Shown here piece by piece: positions 11,484-22,236 of a DNA stretch of 27,901 nt. The notes beneath the pieces are model-generated. The model ran no database searches and was not told the DNA's origin. It saw only the letters and a list, made by a program, of their open reading frames with translations. A program made the translations under genes and the position numbers. The stretch's first letter is position 1; every line of letters begins with the position of its first letter. This DNA comes from Octopus sinensis (taxonomy: Eukaryota). The stretch is from contig NW_021833310.1 in the NCBI RefSeq assembly GCF_006345805.1, positions 1 through 27,901 of the forward strand, in the 5' to 3' direction.

Positions 11484-12232
11484 CTGCTAAAAGCATGAAA
11501 ACGACAACATGAATAATCCTTTCTACTATAGTCACAAGGCCTGGATTTTGTAGGGAGGGTCACAGTCGATCACATCAACCATAGTACTAAACTGGTACTT
11601 TAGTTATCGACACCTAAAGGATGAAAGGCAGTCAGCAGCGATATCTCTGCTAGTGATACTCATAGAATCATAGTGAGTAAACAGGCATTATAGTTACACA
11701 GACACACACACAAACACACACACACACACACACACACAAACATATTCATACAAACACACACATACACACACACAAACATTCATATACAAACACACACATA
11801 TTTAAAGCACAATATACGCATGTATATAATTCGGTGGTAATCACTGAAAAATCTCCTTTAGTGGACCAGACCACGAACTACATAGGAAACCAATACCTAG
11901 GAGTGTAATGTAGAGTCGTATACAGTTGTAATGCAGTCAACCTAATGAAGGAGGATTATTTCATGAAGAGTATGTAGATTGTAAAGAAAGTCAGGAGGCC
12001 TGAGATGAATATATTTATCTCACAACTTGATATCCATAGGATAACATTCATCTCGCAGTCAACATTATGTAGAAATGATTTATTTTAGTGTATAACATAT
12101 TACTTTACATGCGTGCATTCGTTTGGATGCTATAAAAGAACTATTGTACATTTTATAAACAAGCCAATGCAGATATCGAAGGCTAGTGCATCCAACATTT
12201 TCAGCTCATATATATATATATATTTTTATATA

Positions 12233-13720
12233 CAGTTGAGACCAAAATGTTCTGAACGGCATTATTTTCGTCAGAAAAGTAGGTATAAGTTTTTATCAAA
12301 GTTGTTTTACGTTCTATAATTTTCACAGACAATAAATACGATACTAATTGTTATTGTCTTTTGGTGTAATTTGAGAGGATAATACAAAAGTTATGAATGA
12401 TTTAGTGATTTACTGCAAAACCCATGGCGGCCAAAATGATCAGAACGGTTGAAATAATAACAAAATAATCAAACATGACAGATAATACTGGAATTATTTA
12501 ATAATTAGTGTGAAGCCCTTTAGCTTCATTCACACTTTGACATCTTCGACTGCATGAGGAAAATAAATTTTCAGTTTCTTGCTGGGTGATCTTATTCCAT
12601 TCTTCCTGAAGGGCATTCCATAATTGCTCGATTGTTTTAGGATTTCTGGCTTTCGAACGTTCTCCTAGAATATTCCACACATTTTCAATAGGGTTGATAT
12701 CTGGGTTTGAGCAGGCCAATCCATAACAATAACCTTTTCAGCCTTGAGGAAGTTAATGACCACCTTAGCCTTGTGACATGGGGCATTGTCCTGCGTGAAC
12801 ATGGGCGGTCGCTTAGTTGAATTTCTCAGCACAGGTAAGACATGATCTTTTACAAGTTGTTTATAAACTCCTGCATTTACCTTTCCATGTAATCACACCA
12901 AAGGGCCCACACCATCTCCAGATATCATCCCCCAAATCATGACACTACCTCCACCAAATTTAACAATAGTCTCAAGGCATTTAGGCGACAATTTTTCACC
13001 TACTTTCGACGAACGTACCTTTTCCCATCTCATCTGAGCCAAATAACATAAACTTAGATTCATCACTGAAATGCACCGTTTGCAATTTTTCTTGAAACCA
13101 CAATACATGTTCTGTTGCAAATGTAAGACGACACTTTTTATTCTTGGAGCTGATCAGTGGCTTCACTGCAGGTGCTTTTGCTTGTAGGTCATGTTCAACT
13201 AAATGACGAGACACAGTTTTTCGAGATAAAGTTTTCTTCAGTACAATGCTCATTTCTCGAGAAACAGCAGCAGCAGTTTTAAATCTGTCCTTTTTAACCA
13301 ACTTTACCATAGCACGGTCTTCTCTCTTGGTCGTTTTTCTTGGCCTACCTGTAGACTTTCTTGCTTCACACGAACCACAATAATCGTAGACCTTAAGAAT
13401 ACCGTGAACAACACTTTTTGACTTGTTAACAATCTTTGCAATAGACCCAATACTTAAATTATCCTTCTTTCGAAGCTTAATAATCTGCTGACAAATGGGT
13501 AACGGAGTAAGTGGCATTATATTAACAAATTCAAGACATTAGAGTTCGCCGGTTAAATATACTAAAACACGGAGTAAAAGCACCCGTTCTGATCATTTTG
13601 GCCGCCATGGGTTTTGCAGTAAATCACTAAATCATCCATAACTTTTGTATTATGCTCTAAAAACTTATACGTACTTTTTTGACAAAAACAATGCCGTTCT
13701 GAACATTTTGGTCGCAACTG
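12233..13720 (-). mobile_element. Tc1-family DNA transposon, both ends present, transposase frameshifted
   Basis: TIRs cagttgagaccaaaatgttc / gaacattttggtcgcaactg with TA flanks. IR/DR architecture (outer ccaaaatgttctgaacgg, inner ccaaaatgatcagaacgg). Transposase pieces with paired-like HTH, FSDESKF, KFGGGSVMIWG, QDNAPCHK and NPDINPIENVW. Confidence 0.92.
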
Positions 13721-13861
13721 TATATATATATATATATATATCTTTTTTCTCTCTTTTTTTCTCTCCTTGTTTCTTTCCTTGTTACCCTGGTAACTATTTA
13801 TTTATTTTTTCCGTGTTAATTGTTAACAAGGTAAAAATACACTCATCTATGTATAATACAT

Positions 13862-13891
<30 letters not shown>

Positions 13892-13893
<2 letters not shown>

Positions 13894-14467
13894 TAATAAA
13901 TATAAAGGTAGCAAAAAATTCTAGAAAAAATTCTCCGCTACCAGCGGTCTAGTGAGAAGGAAAAGATAGTCAAAGATTATATAATATACATTCAACAATA
14001 TAAGGAATGGCCATAATAGGACATTCGACTCACTAGAAAGAGCAGCCAAACTCAAACCGCTAAATAGTTGTAATTGTGAAATAGAAAGAGAAATAAAAAC
14101 GTTTACTCCTTTCATCTCTGGACTATGCATAGTTTCGACAAACTTTGGTAAACAAATTAATTAAATTAAATTAAATTAAATTTATTTACAACTGGCGTGC
14201 CTCGTCAGCAGAGAAGCCGAGGACGAGCATATGTCCACGAGGCGATGGTAAAGAAGCCTCCAGTCTATATGCTCTAAATTTTCAAAATTCTACCGCAATC
14301 GCGCGGTCTTCTCAGCAGCAAATATAAATTGCTGGTTTAATTTCAAAATTAGCCAAAAAATCATTAATTAATAAATATAAGGGTAGCAAAAAATTCTAGA
14401 AAAAATTCTCCGCTATCAGCGGTTTAGTGAGAATGAAAAGATAGTCAAAGACTATATAATATACATT

Positions 14468-14477
<10 letters not shown>
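13892..14477 (-). mobile_element. Retrozyme-like element: 111-bp direct repeats 475 bp apart enclosing a hammerhead, flanked by (TA)n
   Basis: Repeats at 13892-14002 and 14367-14477 differ at ~5 positions. (TA)n runs abut both ends. Confidence 0.7.
14115..14214 (-). ncRNA. Type I hammerhead ribozyme with extended stem II
   Basis: Minus strand: UCUCUG - CUGACGA - GGCA[57 nt]UGUC - GAA - ACUAUGCAUAGU - C/ - CAGAGA. Canonical core, 6-bp stem I, palindromic stem III, and a GUC cleavage triplet between 14121 and 14120. Confidence 0.85.
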
Positions 14478-14542
<65 letters not shown>

Positions 14543-14721
14543 ATAAAATCCGAAATATTGAATACAAGGTAAGTGTACATCAATTCATATATTTTTTTCT
14601 TGTGATTTAACTTGCTTTTACTTTGCATAGTTCTGGCCTTACCCCCGATCCTTATACAATATATTCTACACAATGCTTCATAGTAATTACTCCATTCCAT
14701 ATATGTATACATATACATCTT

Positions 14722-14777
<56 letters not shown>

Positions 14778-14929
14778 AAACACACCTGCATTATGTGTTT
14801 TGTTCGTATTTGGATATATGCATATTATTGTGGGGTTCACATATTTCGACGCCAAACTTGGTCCATTGTTACATGGAGTTATAAAATCTAGATAAAAACT
14901 TATTCAGGTTGGAGGGATGGCAAAGTGGT

Positions 14930-16560
14930 TGGGAGCCATGCTTAAAATTTCGAAGTATGAATTATTGCTTGTACGTGTGAGAGGAGAAAGTTTTCTCCCT
15001 AATAATTAAAACATTCACTGATGATGTTTGGGGATTTGGATTTTCAGTAATGCAGTGTTCGCCTCTGCTGCTCTGTCCCTTGTATTTGCTGGCCTTAGCT
15101 TTAATGCTTCAGTTTATATGGGAACTCTCACGTCTCTCTCTTTAAGTGTCTATACCATATTGAATAAAAATATCTTTTGTTTTTACCTATGAACGAATCC
15201 AAATGTTGCTTATATCTTAATATGAAGGTATTTCCCGTCATACCAATGTAAATTTTTGTTGTTCGGTTCAAATCCGAAATGCTGGACACTACTTCTTTTT
15301 TCTGGCACCTATTCTGAAATTAAAGGATCTTTAGGGTATGTCTCTAACGTTGTTAATTTTGTTGTGGTTGAAAATAATCAACTCTATATTGAGGAAGCAA
15401 CTATGGCTAACTTTGACCGTATTTCTATTGAAGATCTTATAGTATTTATGTGATAGAAGTCAGTGGTTGTCTTATAATTTTTCTAGCTGGTCTATCTACA
15501 TTTGGTTCAATATAACTTACTTTACTCTTAAAGCTGAACCTTTCTAATGCACCGATATAATATGGGGAAGCCTTTTTGAAAGTAGCTTTATCAGAGGATA
15601 GGTTGGAATCACGCGACTGATAATATTGCTTGATGACTGACTGTGTGTCGTTAGTATCCTCATTTGGTTTAAATTTATTCATATTAATGTCGAGGAAATT
15701 AACTTATTTAAGGTTAGTGTTATTTGTGGTTTTTAGGTTCAGTTGGCTAAATATTTTGCATAACTTTTCTCTTACTTTATCCATATAGTGTTCGTATTTG
15801 TTATATTCCACTCCAAGACCTTTAATAATCTCTTTTATTAAAGAACATCTAGAATCTGAAGGCTAACCTGATTTAGTGCCTCTGCACCATCATAGCTCCT
15901 CTTAGTGACCTCAAATAACTGGTCTCATTTTTTCCACAACGGAAATTATTAAAAAAATAATCACTTCCTTGCATTCATTATTATGGCTATATCAGTATTA
16001 GTGACGGTTAAATGTGCTTTTGGAGCAGGTTTTGGAGATCGAGGAGTCAACTCCGCGATAAATTTGTATTTGTACTCGATAAATTTGTATTTGGACTTGA
16101 ATTTTATTGAAACATTCAATTTTCTTGAGCCATGTCGTCTTATCTTCAATTTCTCTGAACATATCCATTGAGTAAAGGTCTGAGGAGCTCTGATGTGTCG
16201 TATGATCTCTAATATAGATTTGTTAATAATGAATAATTCGCTTTTCGTGGGATTTTTCTATCTACAGCTAAGCTTTTGCTTAAAGGTTTTGCCTTTGTGG
16301 TCTTTCAATGTTATAAAATGTTTACGTGGGGTGATATCTTCGATTAGGCTTTTTTGCTTCAACATCGATAAAATTACAAGTCGTAGGGTTCATGTTCTTA
16401 TATGGTTTGGTTATATATATGGTTATCTGCCTCATAAACAACTTTTTTGTTTTATCTGCGTTTATAAATTTGTTTGGGGATTTTCCAAAAAGATTCAAGT
16501 TATGTTTGTAATTTGTGTTGGAAGGTGTCAGATCTATGGTTGAATTTGTCACATTAAACT
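14930..16560 (-). mobile_element. Heavily decayed Penelope-like element with RT and C-terminal GIY-YIG (Naiad-like)
   Basis: INADKT, NPTKSEL, RSYDGAE (GSYDGAE-type motif), [26 protein letters not shown] and KIYIGMTGNTF..RY..H..SF read across frameshifts. Confidence 0.7.
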
Positions 16561-17671
16561 AATTTTATGAGGTGGTGGGTTTTTGTAAGGTCTAAAACCG
16601 TAACTGTCCTGCGAACGAAGACTGGCTTTCATCTTAGGACGTCTTTTTGTTTTATCGATAACATGTTTGGCGTAAACATATGCTCGCTTGTCTGCCTGTC
16701 TTCCTGCTTGCCCGCATGGCTGCCTGTTTGTGTGTCTGTCTGTCTATCAGTGAATCTATCTATCTGACTATGTATCCTCCTTCATGTTGTTATTGTTCTT
16801 GCAGCAGAAACAGTAACAATAGTGCTAAATCTTCTCAGCAGCAAGGTACCACCTGAAACCCAACCAACCAGAAATTATCTCACAGTCAACCGCCCTAACT
16901 TGTTTATTTCACTTGGTGGATTCTTCAAGCATTTAACTCTACAAAGTAACTGGTCAGCATCTGCTGACAAATGTCACAACACAAGCACGAATTTGGACCT
17001 GAAAAAAGTATATCTAAGGTCTATAGATGCTAGGAGATTCCTTGCTAATTACATGCGTGGCTTTCTTTACAGTATGTGACCACGAGAGTTCTTGGAAGGA
17101 TTCTTGATGAGAGAGATGGTATGAATAAGCAGATGTTTTTCACTAGTTGGCGACATACTTCTAGCAGCGGTAAGAAAGAAATCAGCGAAGACAGCGACAA
17201 CGCCATATGTGCATTATTGTGTAGGTAAGGCTCATGATATAAGAGATTCTAATATGAGCGACCTGCACCCAACATACAGAATCACAGCATGCAAAACGTA
17301 CATATATACGCTCTTATACATCAATATATACATACTTACAAATATACATACAATTTACGGAGATGTACTTGCATAGCAAGTGACTTGATCTGAGGGCGTG
17401 TGCTGAAACAAAGACAATGGCAGCCTGGAAGAAGTTTATAAGACATTCAAGAACACACAAAAAACCGTTAGCTTCACTTCAACATTTAAATTTAATTTTT
17501 TGTCATAATAATTTCGTGTGTTTATAAAAACATACAAACACATAAATTATTCTTCAAAACTATTAAGCCAGAGCAATATTTTTTTTCTGGCGAACTATAC
17601 TCCTCAAATTCATGACACTCACCTCTAGTTAGGAAATGGAATTAAAGAAGGCATTGCAATATTCAAATTTA

Positions 17672-17995
17672 TCGAAGATGTGAAAGTGTGAATGAAGCTA
17701 AAGGGCTTCGCACTAATTATTAAATAATTCCAGTATTATCTGTCATGTTTGATTATTTTGTTATTTTTTTCAACCGTTCTTGATCATTTTGGCCGCCATG
17801 GGTTTTGCAATAAATCACTAAATCATTCATAACTTTTGTATTATCCTCTCAAATTACACCAAAATCTCACACAATAACAATTAGTATCGTATTTATTGTC
17901 TGTGAAAATTATAGAATATAAAACAACTTTGATAAAAACGTATACGATATTTTCTGACGAAAATAATGCCGTTCGGAACATTTTGGTCTCAACTG
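17672..17995 (+). mobile_element. Inverted copy of the Tc1 3' end (last transposase codons plus full TIR); inner end of the right arm
   Basis: Reverse complement of 12233-12549, ending gaacattttggtctcaactg|TA. Confidence 0.9.
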
Positions 17996-18193
17996 TATAT
18001 AAATATATATATATATATATATATAGAATGGTTGTATACTGTCAATCTAACACGAACGTGACAGTCGGGGGGTACACCACCGCTGTTTAGCCCTAGGAAG
18101 CGTCGACGCCTCCTGATGGCTTTGACACATTTCCCCATGTCCTTATATACATTTACGAAGGGGAGACAAATACCCCCAGCCGGCCGGGCTGCA

Positions 18194-18238
18194 TCTAGGA
18201 ACACGTGTTTCAGGATGATTGTCCTTCGTCGGCCTAGA
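18194..18238 (-). ncRNA. Type I hammerhead ribozyme (U4C core variant), copy 1
   Basis: UCUAGG-CCGACGA-AGGA caauca UCCU-GAA-AC ACGU GU-U/-CCUAGA. GUU triplet with predicted cut at 18200/18199. Confidence 0.72.
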
Positions 18239-18365
18239 GTAGCAGACACCGGTCAGCTGACGATTAAATCTTTATTATAGGCATGAAGGCCCGAATTAAG
18301 AGGGGGCATTACAAAACAGGACATGGGGTACATATAATAAAAAAATCGAAAATTATGAAAATGAA

Positions 18366-19106
18366 TTATTTGAAATGAATTAAATGAAATGGCTTACGAG
18401 CCCCACCAAAACTCGCAGTTCCATTTAAAATACAATTCTGCTCTGCTGGGCGTTCATCTGTAATGTATTCTATTAAATCCTCCTGATCCACAACAGCCGA
18501 CAGAGTGTCATAACGTACACAATACAATTCAGAAACAGCAAACTCCAAATTCAATTTCATCATTGTCTCTCCCTCCACGATCGCCGCCTTCCAATGGTCC
18601 GCAAATATTTTTGGGTCCAACTTCACTCTGACTAAACCTTTCCTACCTGACAACTTCTTTTCCATATCCTTGTCTTTCAGGTATACCATCACCGCTTTGA
18701 GTTTCTTTCCCTTGGGTCTTCCTCCTTCCTTACATACTTTCAACTGCTCTTCCACTCTTCTGTCCCATTCTTCATCTGCTGTTAATTTTGCCGGTTCACT
18801 TGCTTTCGCTTCTGCATCATTCTCTTCGCACGTTCGATCTTCGATTTCGTCTGTTGTCTTCCTTTTGTTTTTTTTCTTTTTTTGAAATTTAGGTGGTGAT
18901 TCCACCCTCGTTCTCTTTCTATCTTCTGTTCTTTCCTTTTCTTTCTCCAACTCGTCACCACTTTCCACATTATCTGTAGTCTCGATCTCCTCTGCTATAT
19001 ACGCCTTCCGCCATTCTTCCGCCAAAGCCTCCGGTGTCATCGTTTCCTTTTGTACCTCTCTTAGCGGACACATATCCTTCATGTGGCCTTCTGATGGCTT
19101 TGACAC
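18366..19106 (-). CDS. Orphan protein, 246 aa from GTG (238 aa from ATG at 19082); charged K/E-rich N half with NLS-like KKKKNKRK and a more hydrophobic C half
   Basis: 741-nt uninterrupted frame in AT-rich DNA, followed by AATAAA. No RT, endonuclease or transposase motif recognised. Confidence 0.6.
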   Translation of the reverse strand: MSKPSEGHMKDMCPLREVQKETMTPEALAEEWRKAYIAEEIETTDNVESGDELEKEKERTEDRKRTRVESPPKFQKKKKNKRKTTDEIEDRTCEENDAEAKASEPAKLTADEEWDRRVEEQLKVCKEGGRPKGKKLKAVMVYLKDKDMEKKLSGRKGLVRVKLDPKIFADHWKAAIVEGETMMKLNLEFAVSELYCVRYDTLSAVVDQEDLIEYITDERPAEQNCILNGTASFGGARKPFHLIHFK

Positions 19107-19172
19107 ATTTTTCCTGTGTCCTTATATACATTTACGAAGGGGAGACAAGTACCCCCAGCCGCCCGGGCTGCA

Positions 19173-19217
19173 TCTAGTGACACGTGTTTCAGGATGATTG
19201 TCCTTCGTCGGCCTAGA
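19173..19217 (-). ncRNA. Type I hammerhead ribozyme (U4C core variant), copy 2
   Basis: Same fold with a GUC triplet and predicted cut at 19179/19178. The first stem I pair is a G-A mismatch. Confidence 0.65.
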
Positions 19218-19386
19218 GTAGCAGACACCGGTCATATTCTATTGCCCCACCACCGTACATGTCTCTACGAGAGATTTAGAAATTTAGTATTTCTGATTTT
19301 GATAATCAGTGAATAGACTTCACTGAAATTTAGTTATATACATTACGAGTCGAGACAGATATCGTCAGCTGACCGGTGTCTGCTAC

Positions 19387-19431
19387 TCTAGGCCGACGAA
19401 GGACAATCATTCTGAAACACGTGTCCCTAGA
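19387..19431 (+). ncRNA. Type I hammerhead ribozyme (U4C core variant), copy 3
   Basis: UCUAGG-CCGACGA-AGGA caauca UUCU-GAA-AC ACGU GU-C/-CCUAGA. GUC triplet with predicted cut after 19425. Confidence 0.72.
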
Positions 19432-19656
19432 TGCAGCCCGGCCGGCTGGGGGTATTTGTCTCCCCTTCGTAAATGTATATAAGGACACAGGAAAAATGTG
19501 TCAAAGCCATTAGGAGGCGTTGATGCTTCCTAGGGCTAAACAGCAGTGGTGTACCCCCCGACTGTCACGTTCGTGTTAGATTGACAGTATACAACAATTC
19601 TATCGCCCCACCACCGTACATGTCTCTACGAGAGATTTAGAAATTTAGTATTTCTG

Positions 19657-19718
<62 letters not shown>

Positions 19719-20189
19719 CTGAAAATATTGGATACACTAGCCTTCGATATCTGCATTGGCTTGTTTATAAAATGTACATAGTTCTTTTATAGCATCCAAA
19801 CGAATGCACGCATGTAAAGTAATATGTTATACACTAAAAAATCATTTCTACATAAGTTGACTGCGAGATGAATTTATCCTATGGATATCAAGTTGTGAGA
19901 TAAATATATTCATCTCAGGCCTCCTGACTTTCTTTAGAGTCTACATACTCTTCATGAAATAATCCTCCTTCATTAGGTTGACTGCATTACAACTGTATAC
20001 GACTCTACATTACACTCCTAGGTATTGGTTTCCTATGTAGTTCGTGGTCTGGTCCACTAAAGGAGATTTTTCAGTGATTACCACCGAATTATATACATGC
20101 GTATATTGTGCTTTAAATATGTGTGTGTTTGTATATGAATGTTTCTCTGTGTGTATGTGTGTGTTTGTATGAATATGTTTGTGTGTGTG

Positions 20190-20224
<35 letters not shown>

Positions 20225-20444
20225 GTCTGTGTAACTATAATGTCTGTTTACTCACTATGATTCTATGAGTATCACTAGCAGAGATATCGCTGCTGACTGC
20301 CTTTCATCCTTTAGGTGTCGATAACTAAAGTACCAGTTTAGTACTATGGTTGATGTGATCGACTGTGACCCTCCCTACAAAATCCAGGCCTTGTGACTAT
20401 AGTAGAAAGAATTATTCATGTTGTCGTTTTCATGCTTTCAGTAG

Positions 20445-20518
<74 letters not shown>

Positions 20519-20923
20519 GTAGTAGCAGCAGCAGCAGCAGCAGCATTTGTTGTTATTTTATTGTTGCTTTAACTATTATGTTCATAGTATTTTTGTTGAT
20601 TCAAATGATTTTCCTCTCTTTGTATTATTCAAATAAACATTCGAAATAAATATGGACGAAAAACTAAAACAAATAATATTTGTTAAATTTGAGAAAATCT
20701 ATTTAAAGACAAAACATTTCGTGATGGTTACGGATGAAGCATCAGTTAACACTGTTTCGAGCCTGCCCTGGGGTTAAACAAAGAAACACAAACAATAATA
20801 ACAGTAAAAATAGCAATGATCTAGCAGAAGTTGCATCAAACTTTATTTCTCATAATCATTAATTGGTTATTTTTTATACTACAGAGTCCGACAAGCCAGT
20901 AGATCTTGAATTCTTCGTAGTAA

Positions 20924-21029
20924 CTAGAAACATTTAAGTGTCTTCAACTTGGCATTGATCCATCTTGCTAATTTTTCACCTTCTTGCGTTTTGCATCCTC
21001 TAGCCATCTTGGCAATATTTTTCCACATC
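20924..21029 (-). CDS. STC: Stanniocalcin-like gene, paralog R, terminal coding exon
   Basis: tgtAG| acceptor and frame (G)MWKNIAKMARGCKTQEGEKLARWINAKLKTLKCF*. 106 nt, the same length as the left copy. Confidence 0.75.
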
Positions 21030-21140
21030 CTACAATATAAAAAATAGATTGGTGTCTTAATCAAAAACACTCAGTCAATAACACTCAGACAAACACACTC
21101 AAATAGGCAGACATCAGACAGACTGATAAATAGACAGACA

Positions 21141-21246
<106 letters not shown>

Positions 21247-21689
21247 ACAGAGTTTGCTTTTATTGTCTAATGCTAACTCAGTTTGAATCTGGAGGCAAAT
21301 TCAACTCTACAAGAGGTAGGAAAATACCAATTCCAGAAGCAAGAAAAGGCGAAAGCAACTGTAGGGAACCTGCTTTCTATATTGCAACAAATCTCAGACT
21401 AAGAGAATCAAGTGGATTGGAATGGTGGACTCGTTTTTTTATCATAAGAAAGAAGCCACATTTCAGCACTGATTTGATGAGACACTTGTCAGGGGATTGC
21501 ACGTGGCCTCGTGCCCTTTTGTTGTTGCCCAACTCCAGCAGAGCGTACAGATTAAGAAGCGAGACACTTGCGACCCTCAGATACTCGCTGAATACGAAAG
21601 GGATTCCCTACATTGACATGGTTTTAGCCACCAACAGAAGAGCGAGCAATATCTCTAAGCAGCTTCTACAATTTCTGTGTGGAGCACAT

Positions 21690-22236
21690 GCAGTGACGTG
21701 AATAATAATCACACGGAATTTCTAACATACAATCAACACCGCACACTGTTTATTCAACACGACAGGAACAATCATTTTGTTTTATCAACCAATTTTTTCG
21801 GAGATGTTTATATTTATGTCAGTTTGAATTTACCAGTTTCGCAGGAACTAATGGCACAAAATCAACGTTGTATTCACCACAAACAAACATCACTCCTACA
21901 ATTCAACAAGTTCATATAATTAATCCCCAAGTTGGCGAATATGATTGTGAGCCTTTTGCCCTGGCGTATGCATTTGAACTGGTCATTGGAAATGCTCCAG
22001 GAAAGTTTCTATTTGATCAGTCAAAAATGCGAGCACATTTAAGATTTTGCCTCGAAAACAATAAATTTGTTCCTTTCCCGAAAGTAAAGGTTTTTCAAAT
22101 GTCTACAAAAACCACAGAAGACACTTTCTATCACCCATCCAGAAATGGATTACCCTTAGAAAGGCGACTAAAAGTTATAACTTCTCATGTGAACATTCAC
22201 AACAAATTTTATCACTCAATAGGTTCCGTGTTTTAA
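21690..22236 (+). pseudogene. Degenerate Ulp1/C48-like cysteine protease ORF (TE-associated)
   Basis: FIQHDRNNHFVL (His), IYVSL (YDSL-like), QQ...YDCEPFALAYA (Cys motif, DCG-like) and FDQSKMRAHLRFCL...PFP. One frameshift. Confidence 0.55.

Larger units (their letters stand above)
4226..12549 (+). repeat. Left arm of a large inverted segmental duplication
   Basis: Colinear reverse-complement match to 17672-27901. Anchors: 4226/27901, 8365/23682, 10855/21029, 12549/17672. Confidence 0.95.
18024..19658. mobile_element. 1.63-kb hammerhead-bearing element with ~240-bp inverted repeats and an orphan ORF, inserted in (TA)n
   Basis: Inverted repeats at 18024-18264 and 19361-19602. Partial direct copy at 19087-19234. 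A 61-bp block is duplicated at 19236-19296 and 19598-19658. Absent from the matching left-arm site (12208-12232). Confidence 0.85.

Noticed and set aside
16590-16640. Possible decayed hammerhead at the 5' end of the Naiad-like element (GUCCUAA..GAUGA..GACAGUUACGGUU UUAGAC)
   Set aside because: Both core boxes would need mutations and stem II is not evident.
16822-17079. DLKKVY resembling a LINE RT motif
   Set aside because: A single weak motif with no supporting neighbours.
18366-19106. Endogenous deltavirus antigen
   Set aside because: Similar size and charge only. No recognisable delta-antigen motifs, and rod-like folding cannot be shown by eye.
18024-19658. DIRS-like retrotransposon or TIR DNA transposon
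   Set aside because: No tyrosine recombinase, RT or transposase motifs, and the repeats carry hammerheads typical of Penelope and retrozyme elements.
21270-21701. 143-aa ORF as a gene
   Set aside because: TTG/CTG-type start, no recognisable motif, intronic, and deleted in the other arm.
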